DNA from: Selaginella moellendorffii
Lineage: Eukaryota > Plantae > Lycopodiophyta
DNA length: 64,000 nucleotides
Direction of reading: 5' to 3'
NCBI RefSeq assembly: GCF_000143415.4
Contig: NW_003314305.1
Span: 191,325 to 255,324 of the forward strand
Part shown: in pieces, positions 51,028 to 61,644 of the stretch
Layout: every line of letters starts with the position of its first letter
How positions within the stretch are numbered: position 1 is the first letter of the stretch
Made by a program: the position numbers and the translations under genes
Notes under the pieces: model-generated
The model's input: the letters and a program-made list of their open reading frames with translations, nothing else
The model's database searches: none
What the model was told of the DNA's origin: nothing

Positions 51028-52739
51028 ATGGCGGCAGGATTTGAGAAATCCGAGGTAAGCAGCATGGATCTCACGCTCCAGGAAGACGAGATCGTCCATC
51101 TTAGCGAGGAGCTAGGCTGGCTAGTGATTGGCGAGCAGCCGGAGCTCAAGATCATCGGCGAGGTCGACAAGATCAAGGCCAGGGGAGAAGAAGAAGAAGA
51201 GCGATGCTATACAGCGCTCGTCCATCTCAAAGCTCCTAAAAGCGATAGCTCCGATGATGCTCGCGCCCCGGTCGATCTGGTCACAGTGCTGGACGTGAGC
51301 GGCAGCATGCGCGGCCAGAAGCTGGAGCTCGTCAAGACCGCCATGGAGTTTGTGATCCGGAATTTGCGACAGCAGGACCGCCTCGCGATCGTCTCCTTCT
51401 CGGACGAGCCCAAAGTCCATCTCGGTCTCAAGAGGATGACTCACGACGGTCGAGCCGCGGCACTCAGTGCAGTGGAGAAGCTCCGGAGCTTGGGAGGAAC
51501 AGAGATCCGTCCAGGGCTAAAGGCTGGATTCGATCTTCTTTCGCGGCGCAAGAATAGGAACCCGGTGTCGAGCATCATGCTTCTCTCGGACGGGATGGAC
51601 AATGCGATCACGTTCAAGCGATGCAAAGTTCTTCCAGTGGATTCCTACCTCGAGGACTGCAGTGAGCGGGTTCCAGTGCACACTTTCGGATTTGGAAGTG
51701 ACCATGATCCCGAGGCCATGCTCAGCATCGCCGAGGCCACAGGCGGCAGCTTTTGCTACGTGCAAGAGGAGTCCACCGTCCAGCACGCGTTTGCTCAGTG
51801 CATTGGCGGGCTGCTTAGCGTGGTGGCACAGGAAGTGGAGGTCTTCATCGAGGCGAGTGGCGGAGCGAAGATCAAGAGTGTGGAGGCCACCGCCGGGATG
51901 ACAGCCATGGATGGAGATCGAGCTGCGACGGTGAAGCTTGGATCCCTGTATGCGGAAGAGGAGAGAGATATCCTGGTGGAGCTCTTGCTGCCTAGCTCCG
52001 ACTCGAGCTCTTTGTCGATGGAACTTCTCAAAGTTGAGGGAAGCTTTCAAGACCCTGGGCATTCGAACAAGACCCAACTGCTTGCAACTTCGAGCTTGGT
52101 GATCCAGGAGCTCAAAGCTGGCGAAGAGGAGGAGGCGACAAAGATCGAGGTGGACAGGCAGAAGAACCGTGTGAGTGCCTCGAAGGCGATGGCTGCCGCT
52201 CGTAAGCTGGGGTCTGGCAGCTTGGCGTCGGCAAAGCAAGTGCTGGTGGACGTGAAACAAAAGATAGAGAGCTCCCGAGCGTTTGGAGCTGGCGATGGCT
52301 TGTCCAGGAGATTGGTGAGAGAACTCGACGAGCTGATCCAGTGCATGAAGCGGGATTATTACCACTCCGAGGGACATGCTGTGCTGCTTGCCAAGGGGAA
52401 TTCTCACTGCAACCAGCGAGCTTCGTACCAGTCGAGAGGTAAGACATTTTGGACAGCTCTTTTGTGTTCTAACTCTTGTGAATTTTGTTACTTAAATCAG
52501 CACGGAAGCGCCCCGCCTTTTTCGAAGGTGGCAGAGGTGGCAGAGGGGGCAGAGGTGCTGGTGCTAAACCACGGAGCAATGCAGCTCCTTGTCTTGGTGC
52601 TAGTGCTAAAAGAATGAGCACTGGTGGGGTTCTTTCAGAAAGCCTGGTACAAGAGACATCCTCAGATGATGAGTCGTACCGAACGTCGGCGATGGTAGAT
52701 ATGCTGGACAAATCCAAGAAATTCAAGAGTAAGAGATAG
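51028..52739 (+). CDS. vWA-Vwaint protein copy 2; intron 52439-52500
   Basis: As copy 1; last exon ARKRPAFFEGGRGGRGGRG...SYRTSAMVDMLDKSKKFKSKR*. Confidence 0.9.
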
Positions 52740-53308
52740 ATCTAGATTTCAAGTTGACAAAGCTCGAACTTGACAAGCATAAGTGTGTTCCGAACTCCAA
52801 AGTAAGCGTTTCTGGCCCAACACGATCCAGATCCAGCCATTCCCCATCCAATGGTCAGGTCAACGACAAGAAATAGTCAACGACCCATACCTAAGCGTCC
52901 GACGTGAAAGCACTGGGCCTTCTTATGGAGTTTGCATTGCTATCGTTTTCTGGACTTTTCTCCTCAATCAGTTTGCAGAGCCAGATGCTCGAAGCCCTGA
53001 TGCTGCACTCCACAGTCAAGATGATGGGAGCTCCCATCAATGCTGATTAAACTGGAGGGTTTTCAAAGCTCTACTTCAGAAATCTGGTGTGGACAATCAG
53101 CCCATACAATTACCTTTGCTATGTTCCAGAACAAGAAGCTTATTGTCTATCAATCTAAGGAGGACATGTAACTTCTTGCTCCTTCTGTCACATGCATTTT
53201 TAACAAAAGTAGTCTTCTTCAGAGAAACAAATAGATCTTGTTCAATTCAGAGAGGAGAGGTAGTAATTGTGGATGAAACCGACTGTATTAAATATTTATA
53301 CACATTGT

Positions 53309-54328
53309 CTAGTTTGTTATGCTAGCAAGAAGCATGTAAGGACTTGCTCTAAGGAGCTTTTGATCCTGTTGTAAGTAGAAGATGTTACTGGCTACTCGTG
53401 CCCCACATTCCACATCGTTCTGTAGTCTACAGGCACTCAGCAAACATCCCCATGAAACGTCATCGGGAGTGAATGGCATGCTGTGAATCAACTCTTCTGC
53501 CTCGTGAATCCTTCCCATTCTCGCCAGAATGTCTATCATGCATCGGAAGTTTTCCACTGACGGTCTAAAGTCGTGATCAAAAGCCATGGATCTAAACCAC
53601 GACAGCGCCTCCTGGAGCATTCCTTCGTGGCTAAACGCAAACAAAATCCCTGTGACTGTCGTCTCCTCGCAGTTGACACCTTCAACGCACATCCTGAACG
53701 ATAGCTCCAACGCAGTTTGGATGTAACCTTTTTGAGCATAAGCAACGATCATAGCATTCCAGGAAACCGTGTTTTTCTCATGCATTTGGTGGAAGATTTC
53801 TTTTGCTTCGAAAAGATGGCCATTATGGGCATGCGTTACGATCAGAGCATTCAAGACTGATGTTTCTTGAGAAGCGTTCCAAGGGATTAAATCTCTGGCT
53901 TGAGTCACGTTTCCATTCTCTCCACAAGCGATTACCATGCTTGTCCATGACAGATTATTGCTCGCCGGGATTTTCTCGAGCAAAGCTTTTGCGTGATCTA
54001 GATATCCAGCAGTGGCTAAAGCTGAAATTGCAGCGTTCCAACACATAAGGTCACGCATGGGGCACCTCTCAAAGTAAACTTTCGCTTCTTCCAACTTCCT
54101 CTTGGACACGAGCACACACACCATTGAAGTCCAGCTTATCACGCTCCACCCCGGCATTTTCCAGAATGTCGTTGTGGCCATGCAAAGATTACCAGAATCC
54201 GCGTTTGCTTGAAGTATAGTCGTCCACGAAGCCAAGTTTCTCTGAGGCATGTCGCCAAAAAGCTCGCAAACTTTCTCAGTATTAAGATTCTCGCGGTACA
54301 TCTGAAGCATGATTTTCTGGTTGGGCAT
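53309..54328 (-). CDS. PLS-class pentatricopeptide repeat protein with E domain (no DYW)
   Basis: Repeats MPQRNLASWT, MPGWSVISWTSM, NTVSWNAMIVAYAQKG, FRCMIDILARMGRIHEAEELIHSMPFTPDDVSWGCLLSACR, ASPYMLLASI. First ATG at 54328. Confidence 0.88.
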   Translation of the reverse strand: MPNQKIMLQMYRENLNTEKVCELFGDMPQRNLASWTTILQANADSGNLCMATTTFWKMPGWSVISWTSMVCVLVSKRKLEEAKVYFERCPMRDLMCWNAAISALATAGYLDHAKALLEKIPASNNLSWTSMVIACGENGNVTQARDLIPWNASQETSVLNALIVTHAHNGHLFEAKEIFHQMHEKNTVSWNAMIVAYAQKGYIQTALELSFRMCVEGVNCEETTVTGILFAFSHEGMLQEALSWFRSMAFDHDFRPSVENFRCMIDILARMGRIHEAEELIHSMPFTPDDVSWGCLLSACRLQNDVECGARVASNIFYLQQDQKLLRASPYMLLASITN

Positions 54329-54831
54329 GAGCAATGGCCACGGGATGGGTTCAAGAGGTGAAAGAGAATCTAATGCCAAAGTTGCAATGCTGATTCAGGC
54401 CTATTTAGAGCCATCCAGGCCAAATAGATTACAATTCTTATATTCTTTGTCCGCTCGGGGAGAAAGAAAAAAAAAGCATATGTTGATCTGCAAACCAATG
54501 CTTTTGATTTCATTGGATTTTTAATCACAGCCCAGTGCGTTCTTAATGGCACAGAGGAGACAGGCCTGGAAGCAGCTGGGGGCGATTCTCCAGGACCAGA
54601 AAGCGTGACTAATCAAAGAGCCACGTAAAGAGAAACTCAGAGAACTATACGAAACAATGGAAAACATGGAAAGACGATGGAAACAAGCTCTGCGATGAAA
54701 CAATGGAAAACAATGGAAAAAACACAACATCCAAGAACATCTTCTCGACGATTCATGACCCTCGACAACCTGGAGAGTCTACATGAGAACTCAGAAAACG
54801 ACGGAAACTTCATTGTAAACTTACGGATAAC

Positions 54832-56752
54832 CTAAAACTGGGGACGGCCCTGCTGAAACCGGGAGGTGAAACTTTGCCCTCCGCATTCTAGCTCGACCTT
54901 CATGCCATCCCGAAAGCTGAGAACATACTCGGAGCACAAGTTTATGAGCTCGTGGCCGAGGACGAAATCGTGGCGAGCCAGATTCATGACCGCGAAATCC
55001 AGGCATCCCTTGAACCCGCCCTCGAGCTCAAACTCGAGGTCCGCCACTTTGCGATTGCTGGGCTGCGCGGTGCTCCCCACAAGCAGGTTGACGCTAAACG
55101 GACGGCACAGCGAAGTCGTCAGCCCGAGGCGGTTGACGGCGTTGACCGACACGAAGCTGTCCGAGTTCTGGCTGAGCATGAAGGACGCCGGGCGGCCGTT
55201 GACCGTGCCCCGGAGCCAGCGGCCATAGTCGTCGTCGCCCATGAAGGACACCAGGCACGTCTTGGCCAGCGGCGCCGCCGTGAGCTCGGCTACCAAGTCT
55301 TGAGCCTCGTTCAAGCTGCCTGGCTGCTTGCCCGCCACGAACTCGGCCACCTCAGCGTTGGGTACCGACTGGAGAAAGCTGCATACCTCGAGAGGAAGAA
55401 GCTCCATTTCTTGCCCTAGGACCGTTTCAGGAGAAGAATATACCCGTGATTTTAAAACCCTGCTTGGGGCCCTGGTGCTCATCTCAAGATGTAGAGCCGC
55501 ATCCAAATTCTCAGGGCTGTGCTTGAGATATCCCGGCACTACACTCTTTTCCAGGTCCTCAAGAACGTTAGCAGGGAATATTCGCACCTTGTTCTTTTCG
55601 GCCCAAACCATGGTACGTGTACATTTGTTTTCCTTGATGATCTTTTTCATAGTTTCTGAGCCTTGTAGCTTGATCTTATTCACCACCTGAACAACAATGA
55701 CAGACAAATACGACATCGGTCTCTAGAAGGTTTGCTATCAGTTTTCAGATCTTCTTACTAGGTGATTGTCATGGGCTATGTTCCTCGAGGCGAGGGCACA
55801 GACGCAATGCCAGTGCATGACATCGGCGAGCACCTGGTACTCTTTCTCGGGAGGACGTGGTAGAGGGAGCGGAGGTTCAGGCCCTCTCCTAGAGTCTCAC
55901 ACCTGGATACGTCTTGGAGCTTGCAGCTTGATGCCGTCGCGAACGTGATAGTTGATGTGGATGAGCTGGCCAGCCTAAGGTCACAGTTCCAAAACACCAT
56001 CAGGATATTATTCCATTGATGGTTTCATAGGTGCTTTTATTGATGAGGCTGTTCCCAAAGCTTATATAGCTTCGTCTTCTAAAATGATAGCCGAGCTTGG
56101 GAAACGTGAAAACCATGAGAATCATAACTTCTGGACGATGTCCAAGCCCTTTCATCACCTGCAAGTTAACAGAACTGAAAAGAGAAGCGAGCAGAAACTC
56201 ACGGCGTTTACTCCTCAAACTGGGGACGACCCTGGCGGAACGGCGAGGTAAACTTCTGCCCACCGCCTAATCCAAAGTCGACCTTGATGATACCATCATC
56301 GTCCTTGTAAATCGCCTCGGAGCACACCTTCAAGAGCTGGTGCCCGAGGACGAAATCGTGGTGAATCAGATCCATAACTGAAAAATCCATGCTGAAACTT
56401 GAGTTTGCGAACTTTGCGATTGTGGGGCGGAGAGGGGTTCCCGCCCAGGAACTTGACGCAAAACGGGCGGCACAGCGTCCTGGTCGGCCCCAGCCTATTG
56501 ACCGCATTGACCGACACGAAGCTGTCCGAGTTCTGGCTCAGCATGAAGGATACCGGGCGGCCGTTGACCAGTTGCCGTAGTCCTCGTTGCCCATGTAGAC
56601 ACCCAGCACCGCTTGGCCAGCGGCGCCGCCGTGGCCACCACGGCTTGGGCCTCGCTCACGCTGCCTGGCTGCTTGGCCGCCACGAACTCAGCCACCTCGG
56701 TGTTTGACACCGACTGGAGATAGCTGTGTACCTCGAGAGAAAGAAGCTCCAT
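54832..56752 (-). CDS. Gag-CTD-like + retropepsin-like (pseudo)protease locus, copy 2
   Basis: Near-identical to copy 1, including the same frameshifts in the upstream module. Confidence 0.65.
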
Positions 56753-57456
56753 TTTTTCCTAACTTTTCTTGCCCTACTGGGAGAAGAATATACTTAACAG
56801 AAAGTTTGCGCTAGGAGCATAAACAAAGAGCGAAGGAGTGAGGAGTGAAGCTTTCTTTCAGTAAAAGCAATACACTTTCCTGGTTGTTCTTGGACAAGGA
56901 AGTCCAGCTTAAATTAACAAATCTCACATGTACAAAATTATTAACAGTATATAATTTTTGGAACCTGTATCTAAAATATACTAAAATATTCTGGTTTATT
57001 TTACTATCTAAAGATTGTTATTCATTTTGTATCTATAATTTATAAACTTTCTTAACCACTTACTAGTATATTCTAAGTTAATCTGATGTTTATAATTTAT
57101 AACACAAGATTAATTTTATTACAAGTTATCAATGTGATTAATAAATAAAAAGCACTCAAATTATTTAATTTCTAATTTTTGAGAAGATAACCAATCGTTT
57201 ATGACATCTCCCACAATGATATCGCTCCATTCGGTACAAACACGTCCCATACAAGAACTTCCCACGTCCTCCAGTTTATCTGAGTCACTAAGAAATAAGA
57301 AACAAGAAAAGAATTGCTTTCTACCTGATTAGCAGAATGGTGTTGCTTGACGTCTTCAGTCCCTTCGTTGGTAGCATAAAGGCAGAGCAAAAACAGCAGA
57401 GCAAATTTATTGATATTTCATCTTTATTTCATACATAACTATTTTCATATCGATCT

Positions 57457-57960
57457 TTAGTAAGGCTTCTGGCCTCCAACGTTGCCTGGTGGATCATAGT
57501 TGCAACTCACAATGTACGCATTCGCACCATTGCATTTCACTCGAGCGCATCCCACTCGCACCGAGTTCCTCCACACAACCTGAGTGTAGTGCCCGCACAC
57601 CTTGCCCGGAGCACAAGTGTTTGATGCGTAATTGTAATCAGCCTTTTCCTTCACCCATTCTTTGACTGCGTCCGTGGCTGGAGGCGCCACCAAGCCATCG
57701 CTCCCCCTCCACATATACAAGTTCTCGCCATACGGCCCTTTAGAGTGGACCATTTGACAGCTCGCCTGGAGAGTCGAGGCCCAGTTTTGCGCATACGAGG
57801 CAACTTGCGTGCTCCAAACCAGCGGAGGAACATTAACAGCAGATCTCGCGGAGTTGTGTGCGTCGACAAGATCACTCTCCGTGCTTGCAAGACCTGCGTG
57901 GAGAAATCCAGTGCCATAGATCACAAGAACCATTAGAGTTGCACGAAGAACTCCCCCCAT
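57457..57960 (-). CDS. PR1: PR-1 copy 2
   Basis: As copy 1, with five amino-acid differences. Confidence 0.96.
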   Translation of the reverse strand: MGGVLRATLMVLVIYGTGFLHAGLASTESDLVDAHNSARSAVNVPPLVWSTQVASYAQNWASTLQASCQMVHSKGPYGENLYMWRGSDGLVAPPATDAVKEWVKEKADYNYASNTCAPGKVCGHYTQVVWRNSVRVGCARVKCNGANAYIVSCNYDPPGNVGGQKPY

Positions 57961-58354
57961 AGCGATCAAACTAGAACGCGGATTGCACAACTCAAAAGTA
58001 TAGGAGCACGAAAACTTACTGTGGGAGACCATCCTCTTATAAAGCAGAGCGTAGGCATGGGGATCTCCCTTTGGATACGGCAAATACATTTCTTCTTAAT
58101 GTTAGTCTTGCTTGCTCGCACGAGATTTTCCACGTCGTTATGCTCGTTTTTTTCTTGATCAATGACAAGAGATGGGTCAGTGACTTGACTTAACCGGCAT
58201 GACCTTCCAGAATTCCACAAGATGGTTGCTGGGAACTTAAATAGTTCTATAGATCATAGATCATCAAGAATAAAGATGACCTACAAATTAACGAATATAC
58301 CAAGAAAAGTATGCAAGTATATGATTCTCTTCGATTAGGTCATAGATAGAGAAC

Positions 58355-60069
58355 ATGGCGGCAGGGTTTGAGAATTCCGAGGTAAGCAGCACGCTCCAGG
58401 AAGACGAGATCGTCCATCTTAGCGAGGAGCTAGGCTGGCTAGTGATTGGCGAGCAGCCGGAGCTCAAGATCATCGGCGAGGTCGACAAGATCAAGGCCAG
58501 GGGAGAAGAAGAAGAAGAAAAAGAGCGATGCTATACAGCGCTCGTCCATCTCAAAGCTCCCAAAGACGATAGCTTGGCCGCCGCCGATGCTCGCGCCCCG
58601 GTCGATCTGGTCACAGTGCTGGACGTGAGCGGCAGCATGCGCGGCCAGAAGCTGGAGCTCGTCAAGACCGCCATGGAGTTTGTGATCCGGAATTTGCGAC
58701 AGCAGGACCGCCTCGCGATCGTCTCCTTCTCGGACGAGCCCAAAGTCCATCTCGGTCTCAAGAGGATGACTCACGACGGTCGAGCCGCGGCACTCAGTGC
58801 AGTGGAGAAGCTCCGGAGCTTGGGAGGAACAGAGATCCGTCCAGGGCTAAAGGCTGGATTCGATCTTCTTTCGCGGCGCAAGAATAGGAACCCGGTGTCG
58901 AGCATCATGCTTCTCTCGGACGGGATGGACAATGCGATCACGTTCAAGCGATGCAAAGTTCTTCCAGTGGATTCCTACCTCGAGGACTGCAGTGAGCGGG
59001 TTCCAGTGCACACTTTCGGATTTGGAAGTGACCATGATCCCGAGGCCATGCTGAGTATCGCGGAGGCCACAGGCGGAAGCTTTTGCTACGTGCAAGAGGA
59101 GTCCACCGTCCAGCACGCGTTTGCTCAGTGCATTGGCGGGCTGCTTAGCGTGGTGGCACAGGAAGTGGAGGTCTTCATCGAGGCGAGTGGCGGAGCGAAG
59201 ATCAAGAGTGTGGAGGCCACCGCCGGGATGACAGCCATGGATGGAGATCGAGCTGCGACGGTGAAGCTTGGATCCCTGTATGCGGAAGAGGAGAGAGATA
59301 TCCTGGTGGAGCTCTTGCTGCCTAGCTCCGACTCGAGCTCTTTGTCGATGGAACTTCTCAAAGTTGAGGGAAGCTTTCAAGACCCTGGGCAGTCGAACAA
59401 GACCCAACTGCTTGCAACTTCGAGCTTGGTGATCCAGGAGCTCAAAGCTGGCGAAGAAGAGGAGGCGACAAAGATCGAGGTGGACAGGCAGAAGAACCGT
59501 GTGAGTGCCTCGAAGGCGATGGCTGCCGCTCGTAAGCTGGGGTCTGGCAGCTTGGCGTCGGCAAAGCAAGTGCTGGTGGACGTGAAACAAAAGATAGAGA
59601 GCTCCCGAGCGTTTGGAGCTGGCGATGGCTTGTCCAGGAGATTGGTGAGAGAACTCGACGAGCTGATCCAGTGCATGAAGCGGGATTATTACCACTCCGA
59701 GGGACATGCTGTGCTGCTTGCCAAGGGGAATTCTCACTGCAACCAGCGAGCTTCGTACCAGTCGAGAGGTAAGACATTTTGGACAGCTCTTTTGTGTTCT
59801 AACTCTTGTGAATTTTGTTACTTAAATCAGCACGGAAGCGCCCCGCTTTTTTCGAAGGTGGCAGAGGTGGCAGAGGGGGCAGAGGTGCTGGTGCTAAACC
59901 ACGGAGCAATGCAGCTCCTTGTCTTGGTGCTAGTGCTAAAAGAATGAGCACTGGTGGGGTTCTTTCAGAAAGCCTGGTACAAGAGACATCCTCAGATGAT
60001 GAGTCGTACCGAACGTCGGCGATGGTAGATATGCTGGACAAATCCAAGAAATTCAAGAGTAAGAGATAG
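58355..60069 (+). CDS. vWA-Vwaint protein copy 3; intron 59769-59830
   Basis: 5' flank and N-terminus like copy 1; body and 3' end like copy 2. Confidence 0.9.
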
Positions 60070-60633
60070 ATCTAGATTTCAAGTTGACAAAGCTCGAACT
60101 TGACAAGCATAAGTGTGTTCTGAACTCCAAAGCAAGCGTTTCTGGCCCAACACGATCCAGATCCAGCCATTCCCCATCCAATGGTCAGGTCAACGACAAG
60201 AAATAGTCAACGACCCATACTTAAGCGCCCGACGTGAAAGCACTGGACCTTCTTATGGAGTTTGCATTGCTATCGTTTTCTGGACTTTTCTCCTCAATCA
60301 GTTTGCAGAGCCAGATGCTCGAAGCCCTGATGCTGCACTCCACAGTCAAGATGATGGGAGCTCCCATCAATGCTGATTAAACTGGAGGGTTTTCAAAGCT
60401 CTACTTCAGAAATCTGGTGTGGACAATCAGCCCATACAATTACCTTTGCTATGTTCCAGAACGAGAAGCTTATTGTCTATCAATCTAAGGAGGACATGTA
60501 ACTTCTTGCTCCTTCTGTCACATGCATTTTTAACAAAAGTAGTCTTCTTCAGAGAAACAAATAGATCTTGTTCAATTCAGAGAGGAGAGGTAGTAATTGT
60601 GGATGAAACCTATTAAATATTTATACACATTGT

Positions 60634-61644
60634 CTAGTTTGTTATGCTAGCAAGAAGCATGTAAGGACTTGCTCTAAGGAGCTTTTGATCCTGTTGTAAG
60701 TAGAAGATGTTACTGGCTACTCGTGTCCCACATTCCACATCGTTCTGTAGTCTACAGGCACTCAGCAAACTTCCCCATGAAACGTCATCGGGAGTGAATG
60801 GCATGCTGTGAATCAACTCTTCTGCCTCGTGAATCCTTCCCATTCTCGCCAGAATGTCTACCATGCATCGGAAGTTTTCCACTGACGGTCTAAAGTCGTG
60901 ATCAAAAGCCATGGATCTAAACCACGACAGCGCCTCCTGGAGCATTCCTTCGTGGCTAAACGCAAACAAAATCCCTGTGACTGTCGTCTCCTCGCAGCTG
61001 ACACCTTCAAGGCACATCCTGAACGATAGCTCCAACGCAGTTTGGATGTAACCTTTTTGAGCATAAGCAACGATCATAGCATTCCAGGAAACCGTGTTTT
61101 TCTCATGCATTTGGTGGAAGATTTCTTTTGCTTCGAAAAGATGGCCATTATGGGCATGCGTTACGATCAGAGCATTCAAGACTGATGTTTCTTGAGAAGC
61201 GTTCCAAGGGATTAAATCTCTGGCTTGAGTCACGTTTCCATTCTCTCCACAAGCGATTACCATGCTTGTCCATGACAGATTATTGCTCGCCGGGATTTTC
61301 TCGAGCAAGTGATCTAGATATCCAGCAGTGGCTAAAGCTGAAATTGCAGCGTTCCAACACATAAGGTCACGCATGGGGCACCTCTCAAAGTAAACTTTCG
61401 CTTCTTCCAACTTCCTCTTGGACACGAGCACACACACCATTGAAGTCCAGCTTATCACGCTCCACCCCGGCATTTTCCAGAATGTCGTTGTGGCCATGCA
61501 AAGATTACCAGAATCCGCGTTTGCTTGAAGTATAGTCGTCCACGAAGCCAAGTTTCTCTGAGGCATGTCGCCAAAAAGCTCGCAAACTTTCTCAGTATTA
61601 AGATTCTCGCGGTACATCTGAAGCATGATTTTCTGGTTGGGCAT
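60634..61644 (-). CDS. PLS-E PPR protein copy 2 (9-bp in-frame deletion, AKA)
   Basis: Near-identical to 53309-54328. Confidence 0.88.
   Translation of the reverse strand: MPNQKIMLQMYRENLNTEKVCELFGDMPQRNLASWTTILQANADSGNLCMATTTFWKMPGWSVISWTSMVCVLVSKRKLEEAKVYFERCPMRDLMCWNAAISALATAGYLDHLLEKIPASNNLSWTSMVIACGENGNVTQARDLIPWNASQETSVLNALIVTHAHNGHLFEAKEIFHQMHEKNTVSWNAMIVAYAQKGYIQTALELSFRMCLEGVSCEETTVTGILFAFSHEGMLQEALSWFRSMAFDHDFRPSVENFRCMVDILARMGRIHEAEELIHSMPFTPDDVSWGSLLSACRLQNDVECGTRVASNIFYLQQDQKLLRASPYMLLASITN

Larger units (their letters stand above)
44836..54309. repeat. Tandem segmental unit 1 (~9.47 kb; two vWA genes)
   Basis: 44836 aligns with 54310 (tgattttctggttgggcatgagc...) and the sequence is near-identical downstream. 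Confidence 0.95.
54310..61625. repeat. Tandem segmental unit 2 (~7.32 kb; one vWA gene)
   Basis: 54310 aligns with 61626. Confidence 0.95.

Noticed and set aside
54328-54832. Translational fusion of the pseudoprotease to the PPR
   Set aside because: An in-frame TAG precedes the next donor site (GTAAGT) in every copy
57961-58089. N-terminal extension of PR1 copy 2 (210-aa ORF)
   Set aside because: It spans the TATA-like box, is closed by a stop in copy 1, and would bury the signal peptide
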